Assembly (NCBI RefSeq): GCF_016432865.1
Contig: NC_067398.1
Location: 198,586,001 to 198,650,000 of the forward strand
Length of the DNA: 64,000 nt
Source of the DNA: Antechinus flavipes
Taxonomy: Eukaryota
Direction of reading: 5' to 3'
Shown here in pieces: positions 50,810 through 63,339 of the stretch (its first letter is position 1; each line of letters opens with the position of its first letter). Both the position numbers and the translations under genes were made by a program. The notes beneath the pieces are model-generated. The model searched no databases and had not been told where the DNA came from. It saw only the letters and a program-made list of their open reading frames with translations.

Positions 50810-51200
50810 AAGTAGCCTGCTTGGAGAAGATAGAAGATGAAAGGAGAAAAAAAGAGTGAAGTAAAAAGTGCATAGTAGAGAACAAAAAAATAACTTACAA
50901 AGAAGCAAAGAAAATATGGACAGTCATGAAAATAATCTTTGATTATATATGCTTTCTTGAAAGGAAAATCTGTTGTTGTCCTGGAAAGATAAACCAGGAG
51001 GGGAAAGTAGAGATAGAAAAAAATTTGCTGATCACCATCTCAAAGAGATCCTTTGTGGAAAACACATAGGAATATTACTTCCAAATTTAAAAACCGCTGG
51101 GGTCAAAAAGAAAATTTTACAAGAAGCAAAAACAAACAAATTCAAATATGCTGGAACTACAATTAGAATTATACAGGACTTATCAGCAGTCACAAGGTCC
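50810..51200 (+). mobile_element. HAL1/L1 ORF1 fragment and 3' region piece
   Basis: KKKILQEAKTNKFKYAGTTIRIIQDLSAVT is an L1 ORF1 C-terminal peptide. Confidence 0.7.
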
Positions 51201-53734
51201 TAGAGTCATATATGCCTGTTTGATGCAGATGCCTCATATATTTTTAACCACAAGAATGCATTGACATCCATTTATCTAATTCTCTTCATCCAAAAGGATC
51301 AAGCTCTATGAAGTCCTCATTTTACTTTGCTGAAGGACAATGCAAGAGGATTGTCTCAGAGGATGGAAGAGCTAATCCTCAGGACCATCTTTCTCTAGGT
51401 GGTTTTAGCCACATCTAAGGGATGTGGCTGCTATGTGGCTGCTCGGATATGGAATTCCCCACACAGAATTATCTGAGTCCTCTCTATTGAAAAAAAAATT
51501 ATCTTCTTCCTAAGTCTATTTTATTTCACTGAACCTTAGTGACAAGAGCTGGTTATAATGAAGTTGGTATTCTGTTGAAGCAGACAAGCATGTTTGAATA
51601 TTGTATTTATGGTTTGTTGGTTTTTTTTTTTTTTTTTGCATGGAATCAATAAAAGGACTAAATAACACGTAATAGACTATCTTCTGTGAAAATACACTCT
51701 CAATTTCTCTTACACATATTCAGTACATAAGACATATTCTAAACCTAGAACTTAGAAAAAAATAAAGTCAGTTGTTTATAGTCACCTCAGAGGCCAATGT
51801 GGTATTAGTAGATAGTGTTGAACTTGGCTTAAGATTTGAATTTTGCCTCAGACACATACTAGCTATGTGACTCTGAACAAGTCTCTTAACCTGTCTGAAC
51901 TTCAGTTTCCTCCTCTGTAAAAGTAACAAGTTTGATGTCAATTTATAAAATCCTTTTCAGCTCCAAAGCTATAATCCTATGGTACAATTGGGAAAAGAGT
52001 GGAAATAAGACACACTTCCTGCTGATATTTGATGTAGTAAATAGACCAGTTACTCAGTAAAGACTTCAGTAACTGGATCTGAGTTTCTTTTTCATGTAGT
52101 GACATGGACATGGAAACTAATGCTGTTAGAAGCATCTAATATATCAGTGCTTTTTTGCTTCTGGCTCTTGTTGCTAGCAGGGACCTCTGACTATGTCTTG
52201 CTAAGGTCATAATATTACTTGTAACCTAGAGAAAGTAGATTGGCGAGGAATAGCAAACCTAATTGCCACTCTTTAGAGGTATCACTAACTCCAAGTTTTT
52301 AGTCACTAATAATTATATCACATTCTGATTTGTCCCTTCATTTTGGCTTTATACTTGTGATTAACTTGAACCATAGTTTTCTGGTCATTAGATAACATAT
52401 GAGTTTTTAGCCCCTATTCTATATTAAAGGAACCCTCAAGAAAAGATTCCAGTGAGTTGCACGGATCCCCTATGTAGGACACATGAATAAAATGGATAAG
52501 AACCATGTAGGATGAAATGATGTAGAAGGCTTGTGCCATATCTTGTACCCACACAGAGCAAAACCAAAGGTTCATCCCAAGTATGGAAGTATATTACTCA
52601 AAATGGAATAAGAAACTTAAGGGCATGAAGAGTTTCATAGTTCTAAAGTAGAGAATTTTAATCAACAAATTTAAAGATTTTGACTATAGGCTTAAGCTGA
52701 TGTCATAACACATGTCCTACTTTCTCTTTGATGGAAATAATATCTTATCAAAAATTAAAGTGAAATTTTTACCTAGCCATAAGACCTGAATTCTTAGCAT
52801 ATGACTGCTCAGTAAAGGAAAATTGTAATTCCAAAGAAGGAAACAAAGCTGTGCTCGGAAATTCTTGAGACTGTATTAAGACTCTAATCTCTACTTTTAG
52901 GACAGCTAGGGGGTACAATGGATAGAGTATTGGACTTGCGATCAAACAATCTTCATAAGTTCAAAAATGGCCTCAAACACTTGTGTCATCATCAGTGTGT
53001 TACTTAACCCTCTTTGGCTTAGTTCCTCATCTGAAAATCTTTACCAAGAAAATTCCAAAATGAGGTTGATTGTGACTGAGACAACTGAATAAATTCCTAT
53101 TTTTTTAATTTAAAATTTCCTAATTTTTAGATCAACTCTTACTTCACCAAGACTCTCAACTGTATGAAATTATAGGCCTTGCCCAGTAGCAGAGCAGAAG
53201 CTCATCTTTCCTTATGTGATTTAAGTAATACAAAGAAAGTTATACTACCCCCATTTCCATCCCATATTAGAGCTTAATCACTTTTAGTTTGAGTTTTAAT
53301 CCCTGTAAAAATGCAGGCATCTTTGCTTTCCCTGATCAGGGGATATCACATTAAGCTTTTATACTTAATTTATAATTTAATGTGAGGGAGGGAGTCTTAA
53401 TAGGAAAATAGAAGAGACAGCAAGCAAGGGAAAGAGTACAGAAGGGCCTCTGGAGATTCTAAAGACAAATTTTACTTATTTCTCTATCTTGCCATAGGGC
53501 CAGCCTGAATGACCAAAAATAACTTCTCTTGCTGTGAGAAAATATTGCTTTCCTTATAACATATGAATATGAAATCTCTGGAGATTGAAACTTAGTTCAC
53601 CCTGAGGAGAGAAATAGCATTAAACTGGTAATTTATATTCATACATATCCTTGATGTCTTTTTCTTGAAATTGCTCAAAGCATTTCCCAAACTTTGTTAG
53701 CAGGAAGTAAGTTACTTCATGCCACCCTTCTAAG

Positions 53735-54330
53735 CTCCATCAATATGTATGTTCTAAACAGGCTCTGTAGATGGGCAATGAGCTGGGCCCACAACTGAAT
53801 AGGGATAGGAGATTAGGCTGCATTGCATTTAGGAAATTGAGTAGCATTTGCAATAATCCCACACTGAACTGTCATCAAAACCCATCTATTCAATATCAAT
53901 ACTTGCCCAATCATGCTTTACTACTATGAATAATGGAATATCATGACTTAAAATAAAAATGCCACAAGGGAAAATGGAAAAATGCATTATGGGTATAAGT
54001 CAGTTATGTTATGTTCCCAAGGACAATTTGTGCTGGAGATGTATCATGAGGAGTATCATTAAAGATATATGAATCAGAGAATTGAGTGAGTGGGTCAGGT
54101 AGTAAGAATGAGAGACAACAGATGGATGGTTGTAGTGGTACTTTAATACCTCTGAGATATTAAAGAATGAGATAAAAATCTCTGACAAGTAGAATAAATT
54201 CTGTATGAAGGATTTTTGGGAAAATATAGACAGGAATCACACAGGATGAAAAGGCATGGAGAGATTGCATTCTAGGCTACTGCAGAGAATAAGCAAATTA
54301 ATGAAATCACAACTCCCACAAAATTCCTGA
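53735..54330 (+). mobile_element. Second RTE-clade LINE remnant (RTE1_Mars/MamRTE-like)
   Basis: gatgggcaatgagctgggccc...gctgcattgcatttaggaaattg...cccatctattcaatatcaatac matches the RTE RT C-terminal region. Confidence 0.65.
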
Positions 54331-54498
54331 AAAAGTATTTCTGGAGAGTAATCTAGTGTTATGAGACTGAATTTACTCAATAATTCAATTCAATAAGCAC
54401 TTATTAAGCACCTATAAAATGCAAAACATTGTACTGGACACTGGAGATATAAAGATGAAAAGGGACACAAGTCCTGCCCTCAAGGACTATAATAGTCT

Positions 54499-55170
54499 TG
54501 AAGAGGTTCTGGGTTGTGTCCCCAAATGATGAGATTCAGCACAGGGCAGGGAGTTGTGGGAACCCCTTTGGTCAGTGCAGAGGTCTTCCATAAAGGAATT
54601 TATGAACCTGAAAGGCTAGACGGAGAAAAAAGAAGTTTATTATTGGCATTGGGAAGTCAGCCTTTGTTATGCATGAATAGAAAGACTGAATACCTTGGTG
54701 GCAAGGTCCTGACAGAGGAATATAAAGTTTCTAGTGGAGAAGTCCTGGCAGAGAAAGTTTCTAGCAGAGAAATCCTGTAGCAGAAAAAATGAATAAGGAA
54801 ATTGTTAGGGAAATAGAGAAAGATAAAAAGGGAGTAAAGTTGAAAGAGAGTATCATTTCAGCGGGCAGAGGGTTGCAGCTTATGCCAAGGGGAGAGAAGG
54901 TTCCTTAGTATGTTAAGTCCTCTGCAAGGAGTGAGCCCCAAGTTATCTCTTTCTATAATTGAAACCTTGGCCTGAAGCTGGGGGCAACTCTTGATGGGGT
55001 TTGAGTGCAGTTTGAGCTGGAATCAGAATAGAAAATCTTGGAATTGAATGAGTGTCTCTGGGCTAATTTATCTTGATTCCCTAGGGCAGATCTCTCAGGG
55101 GAGAGCTTAGTGTTCCACCCCAAAATCAGAGAGAGAGAAAGAGAAAGAGTTTCAGGGCTCCCCTTGTCAT
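54499..55170 (-). mobile_element. Solo LTR inserted at the end of an L2 tail
   Basis: TG...CA termini (tgaagagg...ccttgtca), TTTATT on plus at about 54637, internal short repeats gaaagtttctag(t/c)agag; imperfect 4-bp flanks gtct/ttct. Confidence 0.7.
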
Positions 55171-55869
55171 TCTAATGTGGCTAAAACCTAGAGGATACAG
55201 AAGAGAAAAGAACTAAATAAAGCTATGTTATTGTGAGTTAGTAATTTCATCACTTGAGCCTTCAGTTCTTCATCTATAAAATAAATGGATTAATTGACTT
55301 CCAAGATCTTTCTAGTTCTAAATTTATGATTCTATGAAGAGTTGTTTGACACTGGGAGTTATAAATATGGTAGCAAACAAAGAGAATCAGTAATTATGGT
55401 ATGAACCATAGGAGAAGAGGGAGAAAAAGAAATATGTAAAGTATGGCCTATGAGACTGGCTGAAATAGTGTATGTTTGGGATTGAAAAGTGTGTTTTCCT
55501 TTCTTAGCTAAATTCCTTGAGAAAACCAAAGCTATATTATATGACTCTATTTCTTCTCCTCTCATATGCTTTTAAACTTCCTGTAATCTGGCTTCTAACC
55601 TTACCATTAATTGAAATAACTCTCTCCAAAGTCACCAATGATCCCTTAGTTGCCAAATCTAATTTTTTTTCTCAATCTTTTTTTAACTTCTCTGCCATCT
55701 TTGACACTAGAAATCACATTTCCTCCTGAATCTTGTTGACCTCTGTTTTCCTTCTACTTGAGAAATAATACCATTTGATTCTCATTCTTTATTGGATATT
55801 CATTTAAGTTACTCCCACTAACTATAGGTGTCTCCTAAGGCTCTGTCCTAGGTTCCCTCATAGTGAAAA

Positions 55870-58040
55870 TTGACATGGAAAGCAGCTCAAAGAGGAAAAT
55901 TAAGAATCATCGGACTATCTGAAATCCATATCATATAACATTTCAAGAAATCTTAAAACTACCTACCTCTTTTACAACCAAAAAACAAATAGAATCCACT
56001 GGTCACTTCCTGCTAGAAATTCAAAACCAACCAACCAACCTCCCAGGAACATAGTGCAAGTCTAGAGCTTCCAAATCAAAGAAAATATTTCAAACAGTCA
56101 GAAAGAAAGAATTAAAGTACTGAGGAGCCACAAGGAGAAACACACATGATTTTACAGTTACTACTATGAATAAAGGAAGAAGGGAGCTTGGAATATGATA
56201 TTTCAGAAGGCAAAGGATATAGACTTACTGTTAGGATTCTTACAAGATACTAAGACAGTGGAATTGATAGAGACAATAATTATCTAATTTAGCATGGTAT
56301 TTAACAATTTTCTAGTTCACTAATGTACTTAGTACTTATGAGAGTTCCACAGGATTCACACCTTTAAAAGAGAATATATAAGCTAGGAGCCTCAACCCGG
56401 ATTCAGGCCAGGACATTCAGAAGTCAGAAAGGACAAGCCCACTCTCGGGGGTGGAGACGGATTCATTCCATTTTCCACCTTTGTGCTGGCTGGAGACATT
56501 CAGAGGTAGCTACAGGCAGAAGCTGGCAGAGACAAAGGACTAGCGGCAAGAGCTCTAGGAAACAAGGAGAGAGATAGGCCTCTAAGAAAGCTAATCAGGC
56601 CTAAGGAAGGAGAGAGACTTTAACTCCTGGCTGCATTTGGTGTGATTACACTTAACTGAAAGAAAGGCTGCCTCCAGAAGCCCCCTAACAAACCTGCTCC
56701 CAGAAAATATTACATTTTAGAGAAGAATATTACAACTTACAACCAAGAATAATATACCCACTAAAACTGAGTATTATCCTAGTGGGAAAGGGAAATGCTC
56801 TTTTAATTAAGTATTTTCCAAGCATTCCTGTTGAAAATTCCAGAGCTCAGTGGAAACTTTGAAGTTCAAACACAGGAATGAAGAGAAACAGAAACAAGAT
56901 AAATATATATAACCAACAATAAAGAACTAAAAAAGGACAAACTGCTTACATTCTAATATGGGGAAATGATACGTGTATCCTTTCTAAATTTTATTACCAA
57001 GAGTTATACAGGGAGTCTAATGAGATGAAAACTATGGGAGTTATTGTTAAATTTATCTTAAAAATGAAAAGGGAATGGGGAATATAATACTTCAGAGGGA
57101 AAGGAAGGTGAGGGGAAATTAATTCCTATATTCACAATTTATAAGTAGAAGCCTACACATATGAGAAGGTAGGAGGAATGACTGACACGAACTCTATACT
57201 CTTATTTACCAGTCAAAGGAAGAATACATCCTGTTGAGTACAGAAATATAATTCATTTAACAGAGAAATAACTTACATTTACATAGTACCATAATGTTTG
57301 TTACATGTTTAACAAATGAGTAGGTCTCCTAATGATCATTTTACAGATGAGAAAACTGAAACTGAGATTAAGTGATTTACCAAGTCACACGGCTAATATC
57401 TCAGACTGTATTTGAAATCAGATCTTCCTGACTCTAGGTCAGCACTCTAGCCAATGGACACCTAGCTAGCTCTAATAAGAGGAAATAGGGAGAAAAAAGG
57501 AAATTGGAGGGTAAATTAAGAAATAAATTAATAATTTATAGCACTTCAATCCAACAGAATATCCATCAATTGGGATTAGCTAGGTGGTTTGTAGTAAATA
57601 GATATGATGGTGGGCTGCCATGTTAGAAGAAATAATGAAGAGGTTGATTTCAGAGAGATCTGGAGGGACTTGTGTGAACTGATATATAATGAAATGAATA
57701 GAACCAGAACAATTTGTACAAAGATAACAATATTGCAGACAAACAGCTCTGAAAAACTTAGCATCTCTGATCAGAATAATGTCAAAACATGATTCCCAAG
57801 GAGTAATGATAAAAAGCCATTTCTCCTACTAATGAAGAGGTGAGAGACACTCAGCATATAGAATCACACACCCCCATCACACATATACCCACATACTTTC
57901 TTTTAGATATGGTCAATGCAGAACTTTGTTTTGCTTGACTATAAATTTGTATAGGGGTTTTGTTTTCTTTTACACTTAAATGGAGGATAGGAGAGTATGA
58001 GAAAGTAAGATTTTTGCTGAAAATAAAATTCATTTTTAAA
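55870..58040 (+). mobile_element. HAL1/L1-like element: ORF1 C-terminus, spacer, 3' end; interrupted by an LTR and a MIR (57270-57470)
   Basis: ORF1 motifs cccaggaacatag...aaagaaaatatt...cttggaatatgatatttcagaaggcaaagg; jumps to an L1 3' end at about 57530 with no EN or RT. Confidence 0.7.
56229..56734 (+). mobile_element. Solo LTR with a perfect 6-bp TSD (class II-like)
   Basis: TGTTAGG...ATTACA flanked by ACTTAC at 56223-56228 and 56735-56740; removal restores L1 ORF1 gacttacaaccaagaat. Confidence 0.92.
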
Positions 58041-58514
58041 GTATCTTGACTTTGGTAAATCTAAACCCCAAAACAGGCTTAACCTGAACTCCCCCAAATT
58101 CATGTCTCTTCACTTCATGTAATTTTAATTCTAATCAATATGTCTAGATATTTCCAAAGAAAGCTTTAAGTTTCAAGATATTCCCTTTTATATTACAATA
58201 AAATAAAGTAGAAAAAGCCAGAAACCTCTCTTTAACTCTGTTCAAGGGGGCTCTCTTAAATTACTGAAGCTTCTTTCTTCCTTTCTGACTTCTTGGTTCA
58301 TTAGTTTCCTTTGACCTCAGCTCTTATTTTCCATTATCTAACAAAAATAACTCTTCCGAATTTTTCATTGCTCTCTGTGCCTTTCTCTCCCATAAAAATC
58401 TGTCACTCTTGCAATACACACTGAGGCTATTTGTTTGATGGAAAAGTGAAGTGAATTACTCTAGTGATATTAACGTTTTTGTTGATAAGGGAAGGAAAAG
58501 TTATGAAAAATCTT

Positions 58515-59075
58515 GCAATCAAAATGTTTGTGGCAGCCCTTTTTGTAATGGCTAGAAACTGGAAATTGAAGGGATGCCCACCAATTGGAGAATGGTTAAA
58601 TAAATTGTGGTATATGAATGTTATGGACTATTATTGTTCTATAAGAAATGACCAGAAGGATGAATACAGAGAGACTTGGAGAGACATACATGAACTGATG
58701 CTAAGTGAAATGAACAGAACCAGGAGATCATTACATACTTCAACAATACTACATGATGATCAATTCTGATGGACATGGCTCTCTTCAACAACGAGAGGAT
58801 CCAAATCAATTCCAATTGATCTGTAATGAACAGAATCAACTATACCCAGAGAAAGAACACTGGGAAATGAGTACAAACCACAACATAATATTTCCATTTT
58901 TTCTGTTATATTTGCTTGCATTTTTGTTTTTTTCTTCTCAGGTTATTTTTACCTTCTTTCTAAATCTGATCTTTCCTGTGCAACAAGATAACTGTATAAA
59001 TATATACATATATTGTATTTAACATATACTTTAACATATTTGACAGGTATGGGACTACCTGCCATCGTGGGGATG
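58515..59075 (+). mobile_element. LINE-1 3' end (tail truncated)
   Basis: KMFVAALFVMARNWKLKGCPPIGEWLNKLWYMNV and 3' UTR. Confidence 0.92.
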
Positions 59076-60678
59076 TAGATGGTGGATATATCCCTATGAA
59101 TCAACTCTAGCTAAGAAGATAGGGTGGGAATGAGGTTTCCAAGCAAGCATCCCAAAGTAGGGACCAGTGGGAATCAATAGGGACATTTCTTCTCCTGCTT
59201 ATTAAGAGACCAGAATAACAAAGTTAATTCATCTAAATCATCTGAGCCAAATGACTGCCAGAGCTTCTGGGTAATACAAAAAACTTTCTACTAATAGCCT
59301 TTCCTTGCCTTGTCTTCTTGGTCTCACTGAAAGCTATTGAGCAATTGCTTTGTGTTACAATCAACTTTTCCAAGTTTTGCAGCCATTGAGAGGACAGAGA
59401 AATCTAATGTGATATGTGACTATCTAATATATGGACTATATATGTGAGGTTGCTACTATCATTCTGCATATTGGCCACAAGTTTGAATTTTCTGAATAAA
59501 AATAGAAGTTTTAATATTTTCTTCTTGAAGCCACATAAAAAATCTCTTGCACTCCACTTTGTATACCATACCATTTATGCTATAGCTACTAGTTCAAATA
59601 TTGAAGAAATAAGAGAAAATATGCAATGAGACATTAGTCTCAGTAGCTAAGGACTCTAAGACGTCTTTTCTATTTTTAATTGTGCTTTTAAAAGGTGGCA
59701 TTTGGTTAGAGGATGTATTCAGGGAATTGTCTCATGAGTTCCTTTTCCTCAATTACTTTATGTCTGCCTATAACCGTAAAGGCAAATGGATCAGGGATTC
59801 TAGCTGATAAGCAGTAAAAAGAGAACAAAGCTAGTGATTAGATGAATGGCTTCAGATTGGAGCACTACAGAAAAGTCTCTAAATTGCAGTAATTACTGCC
59901 TGCCTGATATTTCATACTGAATCCATTCTCCCTTTCCTTTAGACATCTATCTATCCTTGAGAAACTGCAGCCTCTGACCCAGTGTGTTCTAACCCAGTCA
60001 CACTGACACAAGGAAGGCACTTGGGGCAATCCTACCCATAAGGAAGAGTACAGCTAGCATATAATGGACATAAATAACTAGGTAGTATTCATATAACATT
60101 TTAAGGTTTGAAAATTATTTACATAAATTACCACATTTGATCCTCACAACAATCAGGAAAGGTAGGTACTATTATCCCTATTTTACAGCTGATGAAACTG
60201 ATAACCAAACTGAATTATTTTTGCTTCCTAGTCCAATAGGCCCATGAATATGGGCCACATGTTCCTTTGAGTTTTTTAATTTATTCTTTCCTCCTTTAGG
60301 TAAATGAGTATTGGACTACACTATGACCTCATGAACTCAAAAGGTCAGAAGATCAAGTTCCGAGAAATCTAGAAGCTAGAGGCCATGCCAGAATCTGCCC
60401 ATAGTCTAGCCCCAGATGAAATAAAATACAGAGACAACCCAAACAACCTAGCAGACAATGAATCAATGCCAGGCAAGAGAGTGTGACAATGACATTCATC
60501 AGCTGTGATACATTTAGAAGTAAATTCAGTGAGGGTAAATGCTTCATAAAAGCAATTTTTTTTAATGTTGAGCCCATTCTCTGGTAACAAAATGATAGAA
60601 GGGAGTATACTCTGAGTATTGTGATAAGTGCTTTGTAACTTCTGCTTTTGGCATATCTTATTTGTATTGTTTCTTTTT

Positions 60679-60912
60679 GTTGTTCAATCATTTTAGTTGC
60701 GTCCAACTCTTCATGATTCCATATGAAATTTTCTTTGCAAAGATAATGAATGTGCCATTTTTTTCTCCAGCTCATTTTTACAGATGAGGAACTGAAGCCA
60801 AACAGGGTTCAATGACTTTCCCAGGGTCACAAAGTTAATAAGTGTTTATAGCTCAAGAGTCTTCCTTCTCCTGATCTCAGGTCTGTCCTTCTACCCACTG
60901 AATCACCTTGCT
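60679..60912 (-). mobile_element. MAR1 SINE
   Basis: gttgttcaatcattttagttgcgtccaactcttcatga...ctcatttttacagatgaggaactgaagc...gactttcccagggtcaca. Confidence 0.8.
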
Positions 60913-62197
60913 TTCTCAGTAAGGTCTTTATGTACTAGTTAATTGATGTTAATTGGTAGAGTAAAGTTAAGAGCCTTTGCTAGACCAACTTCACCTGCCT
61001 TTGGAACAACAACTATGAGACTTAATTTCCCACCTTCCATTTCATTTACCTAGATTTATTAACAATACTCATTAAGTATCTGTGATCTCCCCGGCAATGT
61101 GTTGGGGATAAAAAGACAAAAAAGAAGCAGTCCTTGCTCACAAACAAAAATCATGTGCATAGATGGTAAATACAAAGTAATTTCAAGAGAGAGAAAACAT
61201 TGGTACCTAAGGGCAAAGAAAAGCCTTCATAAAGAGATTATAACCTGTCCTGTATATTTATAACAGAGCCAAGCCTTGAAGAAAGGTACAAATTCTGAAA
61301 AGTAGGTTTAAGAAGATGATGCATTTCAGGTATAAGGAATTAACTGTGTGAATTAAAAGCATGGATACAAAAAACAAAACAAAACAAAAAAAAAATTCAA
61401 GGAAAAACTAGTAGAAGACTTTGTACTCTGTGAATTGACTAGATCTAATAGACTGTTTCTTCTTCTAAATTAGATTGTGCTTTTTGCTGCAAGAAGGTTT
61501 TCCCTCTGGTTTGGCTGCTTTAGAGCTGTCAGAATGAAGAGAAATGTAGTCTGACACAATGCGCAGAATAAAGTATAATGGGATTGGCATTCTGGAGTCT
61601 TGTTAGGAGCCTATTCACAGCTTCAGATTCATATGACTAGTTTTAATACTAATAACAGTTCAAATTGTTAGAACAATTCATAAGGCAGTAACACAAGTAT
61701 GATTATCTCCATTCTACAAATGAGGAAACTGTGGCTCAGAGGACTGAAATGATTTACCTCCAGTTATCATATTAAATGTCAGAAACAGGACACAAATCCA
61801 GGCCCTCAGACTCCAAATTTGTTGCTATTTCCACTATATTATTGCAATCATACTGGCTTTTTTCTTTTTTCTTTTAGCACATCAAGCTAAAGTCCAAATT
61901 AAAATTTCTAAATATTTTAAAAAGAAAATAGGTTACTTTGTCTGAGATCGACTAAATAGGGGAGCTATATTCCAAAGACAGTTTTTTTTTTTAATTTTCA
62001 ACTTTTTTTCAAAGCTAATGTAGTAGGAAATGACTTGTAAATATGGCTTGAATGTTAAGACTAAATTTGAAGGTCACAATTAAATTCTTAATAAATAAAT
62101 GAAATCTTTTAAGATTTAGATTCTTAAATTTGTTGCCTTCAGCAATACTTGTCTAATGGAACTGTTCACCTCCCAAGATGCCAGTTAGCTAGCTAGT

Positions 62198-62211
62198 GTT
62201 GCTATGGAAAC
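62198..62211. promoter_or_regulatory. Candidate RFX X-box
   Basis: GTTGCTATGGAAAC versus the palindromic consensus GTTGCCATGGCAAC, in non-repetitive DNA about 1.2 kb upstream of the CpG-island ATG. Confidence 0.55.
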
Positions 62212-63339
62212 ATGAGACTGAAAAGTAACTGAGCAGACTGGAATACATCAGTTTGGGACTTGGGAGAGATATGGAGGAAAATATTATATTTTGAAAACCA
62301 CAAAGAAGCACAGAGCTAGGTTATGGTGTTAGAAGACAGTACTCCTTCCCCCCCTACAAACCCATGTGCAGTGAGATTCTTGTGGGCTCTTGCTGCAGGA
62401 TGATGGGGCTATGTTGAGACAAATACAGGTATCCTTAGTCCTTTCTCCTTAACCTCACTGCCATGTCTCCCATTCTGGGTGAAAAAAGTAACTCCCTCCT
62501 TAACTTCCACTCAACCAACTTCTGTCTGCCTTTCCCTTTTGGAGAAGAGGAAAAAAACTGGAGAACAGAAGGTGATTTCTGCCTCTATAGCCAAAAGTGT
62601 GGGATTTTACTGTCCTTTTGTTGCTATCACTTCATTTCACTTGAAATTAATGAAAATGTGGCTGCCACTCATTCTAACGTGTAGTATAGTTGATGACAGT
62701 AGGTCAAAGAGAGGAAATGTTTTGTTTTGTCCTGAAAGAGACAGATATAGGGCCTGTATTCATTTTCTGTTCAAAAAGATGATAGTGAATAAGCCTAAAC
62801 ATTGATCAAATGAGATAACTGGAGTGTTTAGCCTCGTGCCTAGCACATAGTAAACACCGTACAAACGCTAGCTACTGTCATTATTACATAAGCAACCGGT
62901 ACAACAAGACAAAGAGCAAAACCCCTTAGGCCAAAACATAACAAGGGGTCCCGGCGGGGCTCAAACCTAGCGGGAAATTTGCCCCAGAGCAAGGTAGAGA
63001 GACAGCACTTGCACTCCTCTAAGGAAGAAGGGGGTGAGGAGAGACAGAACCAATGATAGTATAATAAGCGTTCTGGAGAAACTTAGACTCCACCCCTAAT
63101 GAAGAAGGGGAAAAAGAAGCGGAACCTAGAGGCTATGGCTCACCCCACCCCACCCTGGCTCGGGTTCTAGCCAGCCAAGACCTCCGGGCCAGGGGCAGTG
63201 GCCCATCAGAATCCCTTGTGTCCTGAGAACAGGCACAGAATGGCCTCAGAGCAGCAGCCTACCTCAACGCTTCTTCCTAGAGAGAAGGAAAGAGAAGTCC
63301 TAGGAAAGGGGAACAAATCTGAAGAGAAGGGACTAATCC

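Noticed and set aside
111-59629. Most 60-110 aa ORFs in the supplied track
   Set aside because: They fall in L1, RTE, ERV, LTR or microsatellite sequence, or are their antisense frames; none is an independent host gene.
60353-60775. 140-aa hydrophobic minus-strand ORF
   Set aside because: It starts inside a MAR1 SINE and has no recognisable domain; the long frame is explained by base composition.
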